From a virus: a stretch of 46,050 bases of DNA. Location of the stretch: the IMG/VR virus record IMGVR_UViG_3300009537_000030, positions 1-46,050 of that record, one strand, 5' to 3'. Positions 1 to 7,674 of this stretch are shown here, in pieces (the first letter of the stretch is position 1; each line of letters begins with the position of its first letter). Made by a program: the position numbers and the translations under genes. A model generated the notes under the pieces. That model did not search any database. It was not told where the DNA came from and saw only the letters and a list, made by a program, of their open reading frames with translations.

Positions 1-99
1 TCAGCACCTTCATCAAGTGCTTGCCTGACACCGGACCATCGACCTTTCTGTACCAGGCTTGACTTTGGATTGATAACAAACACATCGATACCTGCACTC
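1..99. repeat. 99-bp terminal direct repeat, identical to 45952..46050; circular-assembly overlap or short terminal redundancy
   Basis: Read directly: bases 1-99 (tcagcaccttcatcaagtgc...cctgcactc) recur exactly at 45952-46050 in the same orientation. Confidence 0.9.
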
Positions 100-185
100 A
101 TTGATGATGCAACTAATCGCATTAAACACATTGCAAAATGAGTGTGAACCATGTCACCTGATGGTACTACTATTGCTACTTTCAT
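1..185 (-). CDS. Glycosyltransferase family-2-like protein, N-terminal part; the gene wraps the circular junction and continues in 45558..45951
   Basis: ATG at 185-183 with GAGGTG upstream. MKVAIVVPSGDMVHTHFAMCLMRLV... runs off the left edge. Through the 99-bp overlap it is in frame with 45558..46050, giving 192 aa in total. Confidence 0.7.
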   Translation of the reverse strand, partial: MKVAIVVPSGDMVHTHFAMCLMRLVASSMSAGIDVFVINPKSSLVQKGRWSGVRQALDEGA

Positions 186-197
186 ATTATCACCTCT

Positions 198-229
198 AAA
201 AAGAGGTGCATAGATTTACTATGCACCTT
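198..229 (-). terminator. Rho-independent terminator after the Gp49-like gene
   Basis: Minus-strand hairpin GGTGCATAG-TAAAT-CTATGCACC (227..205) followed by TTTTT (202..198), just downstream of the stop at 236. Confidence 0.6.
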
Positions 230-235
230 ATAAAA

Positions 236-577
236 TTAACCTGTTGTATCACCTTCTTCAGGTTCAAAGTCAGTATTCCCGTCCGGTCCAGTATTATATA
301 AATGCTGCTTAAGTAGATAACCTTCAAGCATCCACACCTTATCTACTGCGTTACCTTTAGCAATTTTATTACCTATTGCTTCATCGTAGTTCTCAGGACT
401 TGCACAAGCAGATTCACCTGTAACTGTAAATCCATTCATTAATGTAAGAACACATACTGTTAGTACATCAGTTAGTTTATGATAATCAACTTTATTAATA
501 ACTGACTGTACATGTTCAGGTGTAACACGTGGTGCTGTTAAACCTTTGTCTTTAATCATTTGCTCTGTATCGCTCAT
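236..577 (-). CDS. Phage Gp49/Sf6 gp66-like protein
   Basis: 113-aa ORF. The TVCVLTLMNGFTVTGESACASPENYDEAIGNKIA...LEGYLL block matches my memory of the N4 Gp49 / Sf6 gene 66 family. SD-like AGGAG upstream. Confidence 0.65.
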   Translation of the reverse strand: MSDTEQMIKDKGLTAPRVTPEHVQSVINKVDYHKLTDVLTVCVLTLMNGFTVTGESACASPENYDEAIGNKIAKGNAVDKVWMLEGYLLKQHLYNTGPDGNTDFEPEEGDTTG

Positions 578-594
578 TTTTACTTCTCCTTTGG

Positions 595-3012
595 TTAAAA
601 AAAGTTTACTGTTAAATCATTGGTTGTAATACCATCACGGTATCTTTGTAGTGCTGCTTTCAATCCTTCTTCATCATCCGTCTTACGCTCAATAGCATCA
701 GCAACTGCAAGGTCAACTGTGTCATTGCATAATATTCTGATGATTGATACAGGGTGTGTCTGACCCTGACGGTCGATACGTCCATTCATTTGTAGATATA
801 ATTCAAGGGACCAATTGATACCGAACCATACAACAATGTGACCGTTATCCTGTAGACCATCAACACCATGTCCCATTGAATTATGTGAAACAAACACATC
901 ACCGTCAGCATTCTTAATTAAAAACCTATGACGTGGGCCGCAATCAACTAAGTCGTAGACCTTGCTTTTCTTTTTGCTTTGTTCTTCAGCGTCATGCTTT
1001 TCCCGTAAGGTGAATTGAGTGCGTCCTGTACTGCTTGATCCGCTGTCATCCCACGATTCAATCTCATGCGTAACATCATTTTGCTTACACCAGTTAAACG
1101 ACACAAACCTGCTAAATGTATTTTTGAACCTTTGTAAATTAGAATTCGATTCGTTCTCTTGTTTGATTGCTGGTCGAACATTGTCACCCAGGTGCAGTTT
1201 TCTTTCGAGTAACCTTTGTTCACATCCTTCCTTTCGATAGTTAAATCGTCCGAGTAACCCTTGTGCATATCTGCATAAAATACTGTGAAGTCTTCCCACT
1301 CTTTGCATACAGATATACCGCGACCACCGTAATTCTTGTCCAATATGTTCTTTGCTCGATTCTTTATACCCTGCCATGTCTGATACATCCGAGTACCGGT
1401 CATATTGTGATACGTATCTTTTATGCAATGGTGACAATGTTGACTTTTCTTCTTGTTGTGTTTCGCTACATTCTGTCTCATTATCTCGAACTGAGTGTTG
1501 CAGTTCAGGCATTCCGCTAATACTATCGACAAGCGTTTCCCATTGGTATATTGCTTCATTCCTATTTTCTTTATTATCTTCAACATGTTTCGCTTCTACC
1601 CATTCATCATTGATTAACAGTTTATGATCAGGTGTCATAGTTATACCGAATAATTCAACTACCTCTTTATAACCTGAATATGAACAACCTTTATGTGATA
1701 CGAACTCAACACCGTCATGAACTCGATCACCTTTTTCAACGTCAATTAGTTTAGTCCATCCATTCCATTCCGTCAACACTAGGGTGTCAGGGTGTAGGCA
1801 AGCAGGGTGACCGATGAGTAACTTAATTTCTCCACGGTTCCATTGGTCAATGACTTTCTCTGTATCTTTCGAGGGTGTCTTGGTCAGGTTAACAGGTTTA
1901 TATTTCTTGAACTTCTTCATGATACGTTCAGCATCTGCTCTGAATGAGTAGCTGCACAGCACCGGTGAACCACCTGCTTCTTCAAGTACTTCTTCAAGTG
2001 CATCAAGTTTAGCATCATGCAGTGCTTCAAATTCAGGTGACTCACTACTGAGATACGGTGACCCATTACAGAACTGCAGTGTCTTATTTGATATCGATGA
2101 CTTGCTGAATACTTCAACTTCACTACCACTATCAAGCTGCGTGAACATTTGTTTTTCAATTTCTTTGTATGCCTTACGCGCTGCTGCAGGTAGGTCAACC
2201 ATCATGTTATTGACTTTACAATCTGGTAAATCTAAATACTCACGTGCATCCATCTTCACTGTGATATCACTTATCTTATGCTCGATCCATTGCTTACCTA
2301 ATTCAGTCGGTGTGTAGGTCCATCCACTGTAGTCACTCATGAAGTAACTGTCTTTATAATGTGTGATGAATTCACCGAGTCGTTCACCACCATCGACTGC
2401 TAAGAATTGACCATGTAGATCCAGGTAACCATTTGATGCAGGTGTACCAGTGAGGCCGGTCCTGTATTTGAAGTGAGGTAATATCTTACGCCAGCCGGTG
2501 ACATTAATTTTATATGTTTCTCCGCGTTTATCTTTGCGGTCCCTGTTCCCACCTTTCATACGTAGCGTGGTGCTGTTCTTCAGCTTCGATACTTCATCAT
2601 AGACAACCATTTCAAACGGTAAGTCTTTACCCTGGGATATGTAGTAGTGGTCAAGCTGCTCCGCTAACCAATTCATATTCTCATAGTTGATAAGGTAGAT
2701 ATCAGCATCAGCAAACAATGCACGTGACCGTTTCTCTTTCACACCATGTATGACACTGAATCGTAGGTGTTTAGTGTGCTCCCACTTACGTGACTCACGC
2801 GCCCACACAGCTTGTATAACACGCAATGGCCCAAAGATAAGTGTCTTCTTCACCTGACCCGCACGCATTCTATCAACGATGGTGGTCAGTGTGACTGGTG
2901 TTTTACCGAGTCCCATACCGAGCCATAACATACTGTCATCATGACTGAGTTGATGCATGACGCAGGTGCGTTGGTACTCGAAGAGTTGTTGCGGGGTGAG
3001 CAGGTCAGTCAT
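595..3012 (-). CDS. SNF2-family helicase precursor interrupted by a 307-codon intein; spliced product about 498 aa
   Basis: Walker A GMGLGKT, DExx box VYDEVS, and C-terminal helicase motifs GHPA|SMGHGVDGLQ and GRIDRQGQ. The ORF is continuous over 805 aa. ATGA overlap with the upstream deformylase gene. Confidence 0.9.
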   Translation of the reverse strand: MTDLLTPQQLFEYQRTCVMHQLSHDDSMLWLGMGLGKTPVTLTTIVDRMRAGQVKKTLIFGPLRVIQAVWARESRKWEHTKHLRFSVIHGVKEKRSRALFADADIYLINYENMNWLAEQLDHYYISQGKDLPFEMVVYDEVSKLKNSTTLRMKGGNRDRKDKRGETYKINVTGWRKILPHFKYRTGLTGTPASNGYLDLHGQFLAVDGGERLGEFITHYKDSYFMSDYSGWTYTPTELGKQWIEHKISDITVKMDAREYLDLPDCKVNNMMVDLPAAARKAYKEIEKQMFTQLDSGSEVEVFSKSSISNKTLQFCNGSPYLSSESPEFEALHDAKLDALEEVLEEAGGSPVLCSYSFRADAERIMKKFKKYKPVNLTKTPSKDTEKVIDQWNRGEIKLLIGHPACLHPDTLVLTEWNGWTKLIDVEKGDRVHDGVEFVSHKGCSYSGYKEVVELFGITMTPDHKLLINDEWVEAKHVEDNKENRNEAIYQWETLVDSISGMPELQHSVRDNETECSETQQEEKSTLSPLHKRYVSQYDRYSDVSDMAGYKESSKEHIGQELRWSRYICMQRVGRLHSILCRYAQGLLGRFNYRKEGCEQRLLERKLHLGDNVRPAIKQENESNSNLQRFKNTFSRFVSFNWCKQNDVTHEIESWDDSGSSSTGRTQFTLREKHDAEEQSKKKSKVYDLVDCGPRHRFLIKNADGDVFVSHNSMGHGVDGLQDNGHIVVWFGINWSLELYLQMNGRIDRQGQTHPVSIIRILCNDTVDLAVADAIERKTDDEEGLKAALQRYRDGITTNDLTVNFF
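880..1800 (-). mobile_element. Intein (Hint domain) inserted in helicase motif V
   Basis: Starts Cys (codon 1800-1798) in CLHPDTLVL (block A) and has TPDH (block B). Ends VYDLV..HRF..VFVSHN (Asn codon 882-880) followed by Ser. The flanks rejoin to GHPASMGHG. Confidence 0.85.
948..1586 (-). CDS. Homing-endonuclease-like / DNA-binding protein nested in the intein in the +1 frame
   Basis: 212-aa ORF with its own ATG, lying entirely between intein blocks B and F. It has CLNC...CHHC, then TRMYQTWQGIKNR..YGGRGISVCKEW..FY.DM..NCTWV, alignable by eye to ORF 6521..6973, and an HTH-like C-terminus. Confidence 0.7.
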   Translation of the reverse strand: MLKIIKKIGMKQYTNGKRLSIVLAECLNCNTQFEIMRQNVAKHNKKKSQHCHHCIKDTYHNMTGTRMYQTWQGIKNRAKNILDKNYGGRGISVCKEWEDFTVFYADMHKGYSDDLTIERKDVNKGYSKENCTWVTMFDQQSNKRTNRILIYKGSKIHLAGLCRLTGVSKMMLRMRLNRGMTADQAVQDALNSPYGKSMTLKNKAKRKARSTT

Positions 3013-3440
3013 TGAATTAATTCACCATCGAGATGCGCTATTTCATGTTGGATTAATCGTGCCTCTAAGCCTTTGAATAATTTTTCTACCACGTTACCTT
3101 CTTCATTCCAGTAAGCAACCTTTACTTTGAACCACCGTTTAATTCGTACAGGGTGTTTCATTGATATGGGTACTGAGAAACATGACTCATGACCCCATGA
3201 ATATTTTCCCTTGGTGAGAATGATTACAGGGTTGACCATAATGGTTGTCTTAGCTTGAACATTCACCAGGATGATTCTTTTCTTATGACCTATCTGTGGT
3301 GCTGCTAACCCTGCACAATTATTCAATGTTGCAGCAGTATCTTTGAGGTCGGTGATAACTTCATGTTGCTCAGTTTCACTGTGCGACTCTTCACATATTT
3401 CAGATAGTATCTTCTTATCTGTTAATATTGGTCTAATCAT
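3009..3440 (-). CDS. def: Peptide deformylase (phage-type, short C-terminus)
   Basis: Three PDF motifs are present: GLAAPQIG, ESCFSVP (variant of EGCLS) and QHEIAHLDG (HExxH). 143 aa. Confidence 0.85.
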   Translation of the reverse strand: MIRPILTDKKILSEICEESHSETEQHEVITDLKDTAATLNNCAGLAAPQIGHKKRIILVNVQAKTTIMVNPVIILTKGKYSWGHESCFSVPISMKHPVRIKRWFKVKVAYWNEEGNVVEKLFKGLEARLIQHEIAHLDGELIQ

Positions 3441-3721
3441 TTCAATAATACCTCTCTAATCCAAGCATCAACACCTTCATGACCCCATACAGTATCAACA
3501 CAGGCACCCGCTTTAAGTAGTCTAGCGTGCTCACGTTCTTGACCTGGTTCATAACTACCGTCGATGGTTTTCACTTCAACAAAGATAACTTTACCTTTAT
3601 AAATAACAATTCTATCCGGCACACCATCACGCCCAGGTGATACCCATTTACGAGTGATACCCCCTAGCTTAGTGACTTCTTCATCAAGATAAGTCTCGAC
3701 TTTGTTTTCACGGACACCCAT
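3437..3721 (-). CDS. VRR-NUC domain nuclease
   Basis: GVPDRIVIY..VIFVEVKT..G...PGQ...LLKAGA.V pattern typical of VRR-NUC. 94 aa. Confidence 0.8.
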   Translation of the reverse strand: MGVRENKVETYLDEEVTKLGGITRKWVSPGRDGVPDRIVIYKGKVIFVEVKTIDGSYEPGQEREHARLLKAGACVDTVWGHEGVDAWIREVLLK

Positions 3722-4062
3722 TAACCTTCAACCATACCCGACTGGTGAGATGTCACTTCATTACTGAGTAACTGGATACATGCATTCAATGTTTCAATGA
3801 CAATGTTCATATCAGTAGCACTATCATCCTCATCAAGTAGCTTCTCAGCATTACGCTTCATCATCATCATGCTACCCATTGCTGCGATAGGGTTACCGGC
3901 GTACATCTTTGATACAGCTAGTTCTTCAACCTGACCCATATCACTGTGTAGCGTGGTGATGCTGAACATTTCACCTTCATTGATTAATGCTTCAAGTTCA
4001 TCACTGGCTACGAACTCACGTGTGCTACCGTTACTGTATGTTACTGTTACATTTGTGTTCAC
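3721..4062 (-). CDS. Hypothetical protein
   Basis: 113-aa ORF in the gene chain, overlapping its neighbours at start and stop. Confidence 0.55.
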   Translation of the reverse strand: MNTNVTVTYSNGSTREFVASDELEALINEGEMFSITTLHSDMGQVEELAVSKMYAGNPIAAMGSMMMMKRNAEKLLDEDDSATDMNIVIETLNACIQLLSNEVTSHQSGMVEG

Positions 4063-4442
4063 GATACTATCCTTTCAATTTTAATATTCATTCCAAAAAT
4101 TGTTGACCTTTTAAAAACATCTATCAACCCTTCTTCATCACGTGACAATAATACACGTGTCATTACATCGTATGGTTCTTTATCTTTAGTCATGTCACGA
4201 ATTTCTTCTAACAACTTAAACCCTTCATCAAAATTAAGTGATACTTTGTCAGGTCCCTTGTTGTTATTTTTAATGAACTCAGCACGCCCATCGATTAATT
4301 TTTGCGTCATACTCATGAATGTCACCTCGAATTTTAATTTATTTAATTGCCTAGTCAGATCACGATTTAATTTAATCAGTTTATTAATTCGACTACGCTG
4401 TTCAATCTCTAATACACTCATGACCTCACCTCTGTGTGACAA
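4059..4442 (-). CDS. Hypothetical protein; likely start at 4421
   Basis: ORF in the chain. The internal ATG at 4421 (MSVLEIEQ) is preceded by GAGGTGAGG. Confidence 0.55.
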   Translation of the reverse strand: MSHRGEVMSVLEIEQRSRINKLIKLNRDLTRQLNKLKFEVTFMSMTQKLIDGRAEFIKNNNKGPDKVSLNFDEGFKLLEEIRDMTKDKEPYDVMTRVLLSRDEEGLIDVFKRSTIFGMNIKIERIVS

Positions 4443-4451
4443 TGTAGCACG

Positions 4452-6548
4452 TCACATTGAACCTTGCAACAGTGGCTTCACAAGTTTCTCAGTTTCTTTT
4501 ATGTACCATTCGAGATTGATATCATCGAACGGTTCCCTATCATGCTTATCCCTGTGCGTGGTGTGAGCATGTACATCTAATTTATGTACATATAAATCAT
4601 TACACAGCTGCACTTTCCAACCTGTATTGATACCGACGCGACGTTCTTCATACGTTGATTTGTTCTTGGTGTGAATGCGTGCATCCCATACACCGATACC
4701 CACTTCAGCCATGACTGCATTGAAGGTGTCATCAGTTAAACTATTCGCACGTTTATATTCACCTGCAATACCTTTAGGGGGCATCACTTTTTCAAGTGGT
4801 CGTCCTTCTGTGCTGATATAGTATCGAACGATGTTGCTGACCTGCTCACCTCCCCACTCAAGCGTGCTGCTTCTTGGTACTTTTGTGCGTAGGAAAAAGT
4901 CAAATACATCGGTATGATTGCTAATAAACTCACGAACATCAGCACCGTTAACGAGTGCAGCTTCAGCTGCAATAGCCACAATCCTAGCTGACCAATCTTT
5001 ATGATAAGGTAACTCACGTGTTCCAGGGTTCTCTTCAGCGGTGACATGGGCGTATGCTCCTATTCGTTTTAATTTACCGTCAGTCTTTTCAGCAATGTAA
5101 CTATTTACATCACGTATGAACATGCGGCTATACAATGCTTCTTCTAGTTCTAAATTGGTTAAGTTCTCCCACCACTTACAGACAAGGCGGGTGTGCTCAA
5201 GATATTCATGTGGACATAAGTAAGTAATACCATCGGTGTTAGCTTGCACCATGCGTAACCCTGACACCTTCAACAGTTGTTCAACTAACATGCATAACAA
5301 CAGTTGACCGTTGATGGTGATACTCATGGTGTAATAAGGATCATAAAAAGGTGAGTACTCATTATTGCTACCACCATACGCACCGTTCAATGCTAACTTG
5401 AATGCTTCATTTTCAGGTGTGCCTTTGTCATAAGTTTTACGTGTATGATACACAGCTTCATAAGCGTCACAGAATTCAATACCTAAGTGTGCAGGGAAGA
5501 GTTTATTTTTAATACCAAGGTTCGGATAAAAAGAAGCAACATCAACATCAACAAGCTGATGGGTATCAGTGGTGTGCACAACCTGAGATTCGACTGATGC
5601 GTGTAACCCACCGGTACCGAAGTGGTAGCTGAAACCATCAATGTCAGCTGTGAGGTCTTTAAACACACCTTTCGTTTCGGTGATAACCTTTGATTGTAAG
5701 TAGCCCATGATGTTCTGGAATTCAATTCTTTCAAATTTAACGTAGGGAAATATGACCTGTGATAAATCGATTGACTCACGTTTGGTTTGACGTTTGACTT
5801 TCCGATTCCCTTGATATTCATAAATCTGTATACCTCTTTTTTCCATCTCGGTAGTTAGTATGACTTCACCGATTTTAACATCACTCATGTTCATCATGTT
5901 CTTATCGAAAGCTTTAGATAAACCTTCACGCATTTTAATCTGTGCTGCAGTTCTATCGTGAAACAAATCAGTTGCATCAATGTCATGCCACATGTAGCTG
6001 ATGAGCACATCAACCTGGTCACTGGTGAGCATTGTACCAACATCAAAAGGTAAGTCTTCAATGCTGTCCATACGCATGTTGAATTCTAATACTTTCAAAC
6101 TTGTTGCTTTAGATACATTATCGAAGTGATGAATTTTATACAGGTCAAGCTGGTCAACTTTCCAGTCAGATTCCCACACCATGTGAGCAAAACGTGCTGG
6201 ACCATGTGCACCGATGATACTCATTGCTTTATTGTAGATGTCAGTGACCGTGATACCTGCGTGTTGGTTCTGATAGATGAAGTGCATGACAGGATAATCG
6301 AACCCGATATTGTTATACCCAACAGCACGACAACCTTGCTCGCGCATGATGTCAATGAACTGACACAGCATATGCGTGTCATTACGTCTGAAGCTGATTT
6401 CAAACTGCCACTTACGACGTGTTGTTTTATGAAGGAACCCCACGGTAAACGCATTAGGGAAAGTTTCCGAGTCCATCACCACATCACCCTGTGTGATGCC
6501 GAATAAAAAATCTGGATTAATCATTTGTATTTTTTCTCTGACCAACAA
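4452..6548 (-). CDS. DNA polymerase with N-terminal 3'-5' exonuclease, family-B-like motifs; likely start at 6524
   Basis: Exo motifs MDSETF, GYNNIGFDYP and YMWHDIDATDLF. Palm motifs DVASFYPN (DxxSLYPS-like), KLALNGAYGG (KxxxNSxYG-like) and QANTDGI (DTD-like). The ATG at 6524 overlaps the stop of 6521..6973 (ATGA). Confidence 0.85.
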   Translation of the reverse strand: MLVREKIQMINPDFLFGITQGDVVMDSETFPNAFTVGFLHKTTRRKWQFEISFRRNDTHMLCQFIDIMREQGCRAVGYNNIGFDYPVMHFIYQNQHAGITVTDIYNKAMSIIGAHGPARFAHMVWESDWKVDQLDLYKIHHFDNVSKATSLKVLEFNMRMDSIEDLPFDVGTMLTSDQVDVLISYMWHDIDATDLFHDRTAAQIKMREGLSKAFDKNMMNMSDVKIGEVILTTEMEKRGIQIYEYQGNRKVKRQTKRESIDLSQVIFPYVKFERIEFQNIMGYLQSKVITETKGVFKDLTADIDGFSYHFGTGGLHASVESQVVHTTDTHQLVDVDVASFYPNLGIKNKLFPAHLGIEFCDAYEAVYHTRKTYDKGTPENEAFKLALNGAYGGSNNEYSPFYDPYYTMSITINGQLLLCMLVEQLLKVSGLRMVQANTDGITYLCPHEYLEHTRLVCKWWENLTNLELEEALYSRMFIRDVNSYIAEKTDGKLKRIGAYAHVTAEENPGTRELPYHKDWSARIVAIAAEAALVNGADVREFISNHTDVFDFFLRTKVPRSSTLEWGGEQVSNIVRYYISTEGRPLEKVMPPKGIAGEYKRANSLTDDTFNAVMAEVGIGVWDARIHTKNKSTYEERRVGINTGWKVQLCNDLYVHKLDVHAHTTHRDKHDREPFDDINLEWYIKETEKLVKPLLQGSM

Positions 6549-6973
6549 TTGTTTTTAGGCGGGTAGATATAACCACCGTCCGATCTACCTTCGCACCATG
6601 CTTTTATTCGTCCAGGTGATGAACCTAACACTGAAGAAGCGTGACCTAAACTGTCATACTTAACACCATCGATATACCACCATTTAGAGTCAACCCTATT
6701 CCTTACGTTACTAATTCTTTTAACCCATCTACAGTTACTTGGTGAGTAACCTTCATTATTATCTCTTCTATCAAGTTGGTCGTCTAACTCAGGTCGTGGA
6801 CACATGTCTTTATAGAACTCAGCAAAATCGTCACGCCATTTTTTACACACTGTTATTCCACGACCACCATAATATTTGTATGACTTGTTTTTTACATTGT
6901 AGCAACGACCTTTCATATTCAACCATAACTGATATTCAGGTTCGTATCTTAATCCATGTTTTATTTTTGCCAT
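6521..6973 (-). CDS. Free-standing homing-endonuclease-like protein, paralogue of the intein-nested ORF
   Basis: EYQLWLNMKGRC..YYGGRGITVCKKW..FAEFYKDM..LDRRDNNEGYSPSNCRWV. Same module as 948..1586. 150 aa. Confidence 0.7.
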   Translation of the reverse strand: MAKIKHGLRYEPEYQLWLNMKGRCYNVKNKSYKYYGGRGITVCKKWRDDFAEFYKDMCPRPELDDQLDRRDNNEGYSPSNCRWVKRISNVRNRVDSKWWYIDGVKYDSLGHASSVLGSSPGRIKAWCEGRSDGGYIYPPKNNCWSEKKYK

Positions 6974-7039
6974 ATTATGTACTCACGATGTCAATGGTTC
7001 CCTAAAGTAACACACAATGGGGAAAAGTAAAACATCATA

Positions 7040-7228
7040 CTAATACTTCTCCCACAAATCACTAAGTTTATTTAATTGGTTATCAGACAGGAACCCGCCT
7101 TTATCTGAATACTCTTTGATGCTTGCAATGAAACCCTTCTCCCAATCTGAAAGTTTAGGGTTGTGTGAAAGTTCGTTCATCACAAAGTCAATGCTTTTTA
7201 AATCATTGTTGAATGAATAACTACTCAT
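7040..7228 (-). CDS. Hypothetical small protein
   Basis: 62-aa ORF; its start overlaps the stop of the upstream ORF. Confidence 0.5.
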   Translation of the reverse strand: MSSYSFNNDLKSIDFVMNELSHNPKLSDWEKGFIASIKEYSDKGGFLSDNQLNKLSDLWEKY

Positions 7229-7458
7229 TACTTACACCCTACATGACGACCTGTACCATCGACACGTTTAGTCAATGCAGCAAAGTAACTTGCTTTGAGA
7301 TACTGACAACCTGTTAAATTGTCAGTGAACAACTGCATGTTACTTCGTTCACTGTTAGCAGCGTCATCAGTATCATCGTATGGTGTGTTATAGATACTAA
7401 TTAAAGTTATAATAAATGAAATAATAAAGATTAATGTTAATCGTGTCATAAGTGTCAC
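7228..7458 (-). CDS. Small membrane/secreted protein (GTG start)
   Basis: N-terminal hydrophobic helix LTLIFIISFIITLISIY. GAGGTG upstream of the GTG at 7458. Confidence 0.5.
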   Translation of the reverse strand: MTLMTRLTLIFIISFIITLISIYNTPYDDTDDAANSERSNMQLFTDNLTGCQYLKASYFAALTKRVDGTGRHVGCK

Positions 7459-7468
7459 CTCGTTGTTG

Positions 7469-7561
7469 TTTTTGATAGTAGCTCTACCGGTATCAAAACC
7501 GTTGACTTACTTATATTCTAACCCAACTATGGGAAGCCCTACATAGAGCTACTATCAAAAA
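7469..7561. repeat. 17-bp perfect inverted repeat with a 59-nt spacer
   Basis: TTTTTGATAGTAGCTCT (7469-7485) and AGAGCTACTATCAAAAA (7545-7561), read directly. Confidence 0.8.
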
Positions 7562-7565
7562 AATC

Positions 7566-7631
7566 TTTTAAATGCTGACTCCCATCAAGTAATCCCCCAC
7601 CTGATGTCATATAAAGAGTCAGCATTTAAAA
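7566..7631. repeat. 16-bp perfect inverted repeat with a 34-nt spacer; long stem-loop
   Basis: TTTTAAATGCTGACTC (7566-7581) and GAGTCAGCATTTAAAA (7616-7631), with an inner CATCA/TGATG pairing. Confidence 0.8.
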
Positions 7632-7655
7632 AAGCCCTACCGTAAAAGTACGGTA
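7628..7655 (-). terminator. Rho-independent terminator after the SSB gene
   Basis: Minus strand: TACCGTA-CTTT-TACGGTA (7655..7638), then GGGC and TTTTTT (7633..7628). About 20 nt after the stop at 7675. Confidence 0.6.
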
Positions 7656-7674
7656 AGACAAATACTACAATTGT

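Noticed and set aside
1-99. Interpreting the 99-bp end duplication as genuine direct terminal repeats of the virion DNA.
   Set aside because: The repeat cuts through an intact gene, and its length is typical of an assembler overlap. Physical ends cannot be inferred from this sequence alone.
1019-1627. Plus-strand ORFs 1019..1240, 1263..1520 and 1352..1627 (73-91 aa) antisense to the intein region.
   Set aside because: Hydrophobic/Cys-Leu-Ser-rich shadow translations with no RBS and no motif. They are antisense to two supported coding frames.
880-1800. Explaining the out-of-frame endonuclease-like ORF in the intein as a sequencing or assembly frameshift.
   Set aside because: It would need two compensating indels at the two ends of the 639-nt segment, and frame 0 nevertheless stays open for the whole stretch. 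I cannot exclude it without reads, so it is listed as the main refutation test, not adopted.
6521-6973. The HEG-like gene as part of a group I intron in the polymerase gene.
   Set aside because: The polymerase ORF downstream has a complete N-terminus (Exo I motif within the first 30 residues) and starts at the HEG stop. No split exon or intron-like structure is evident.
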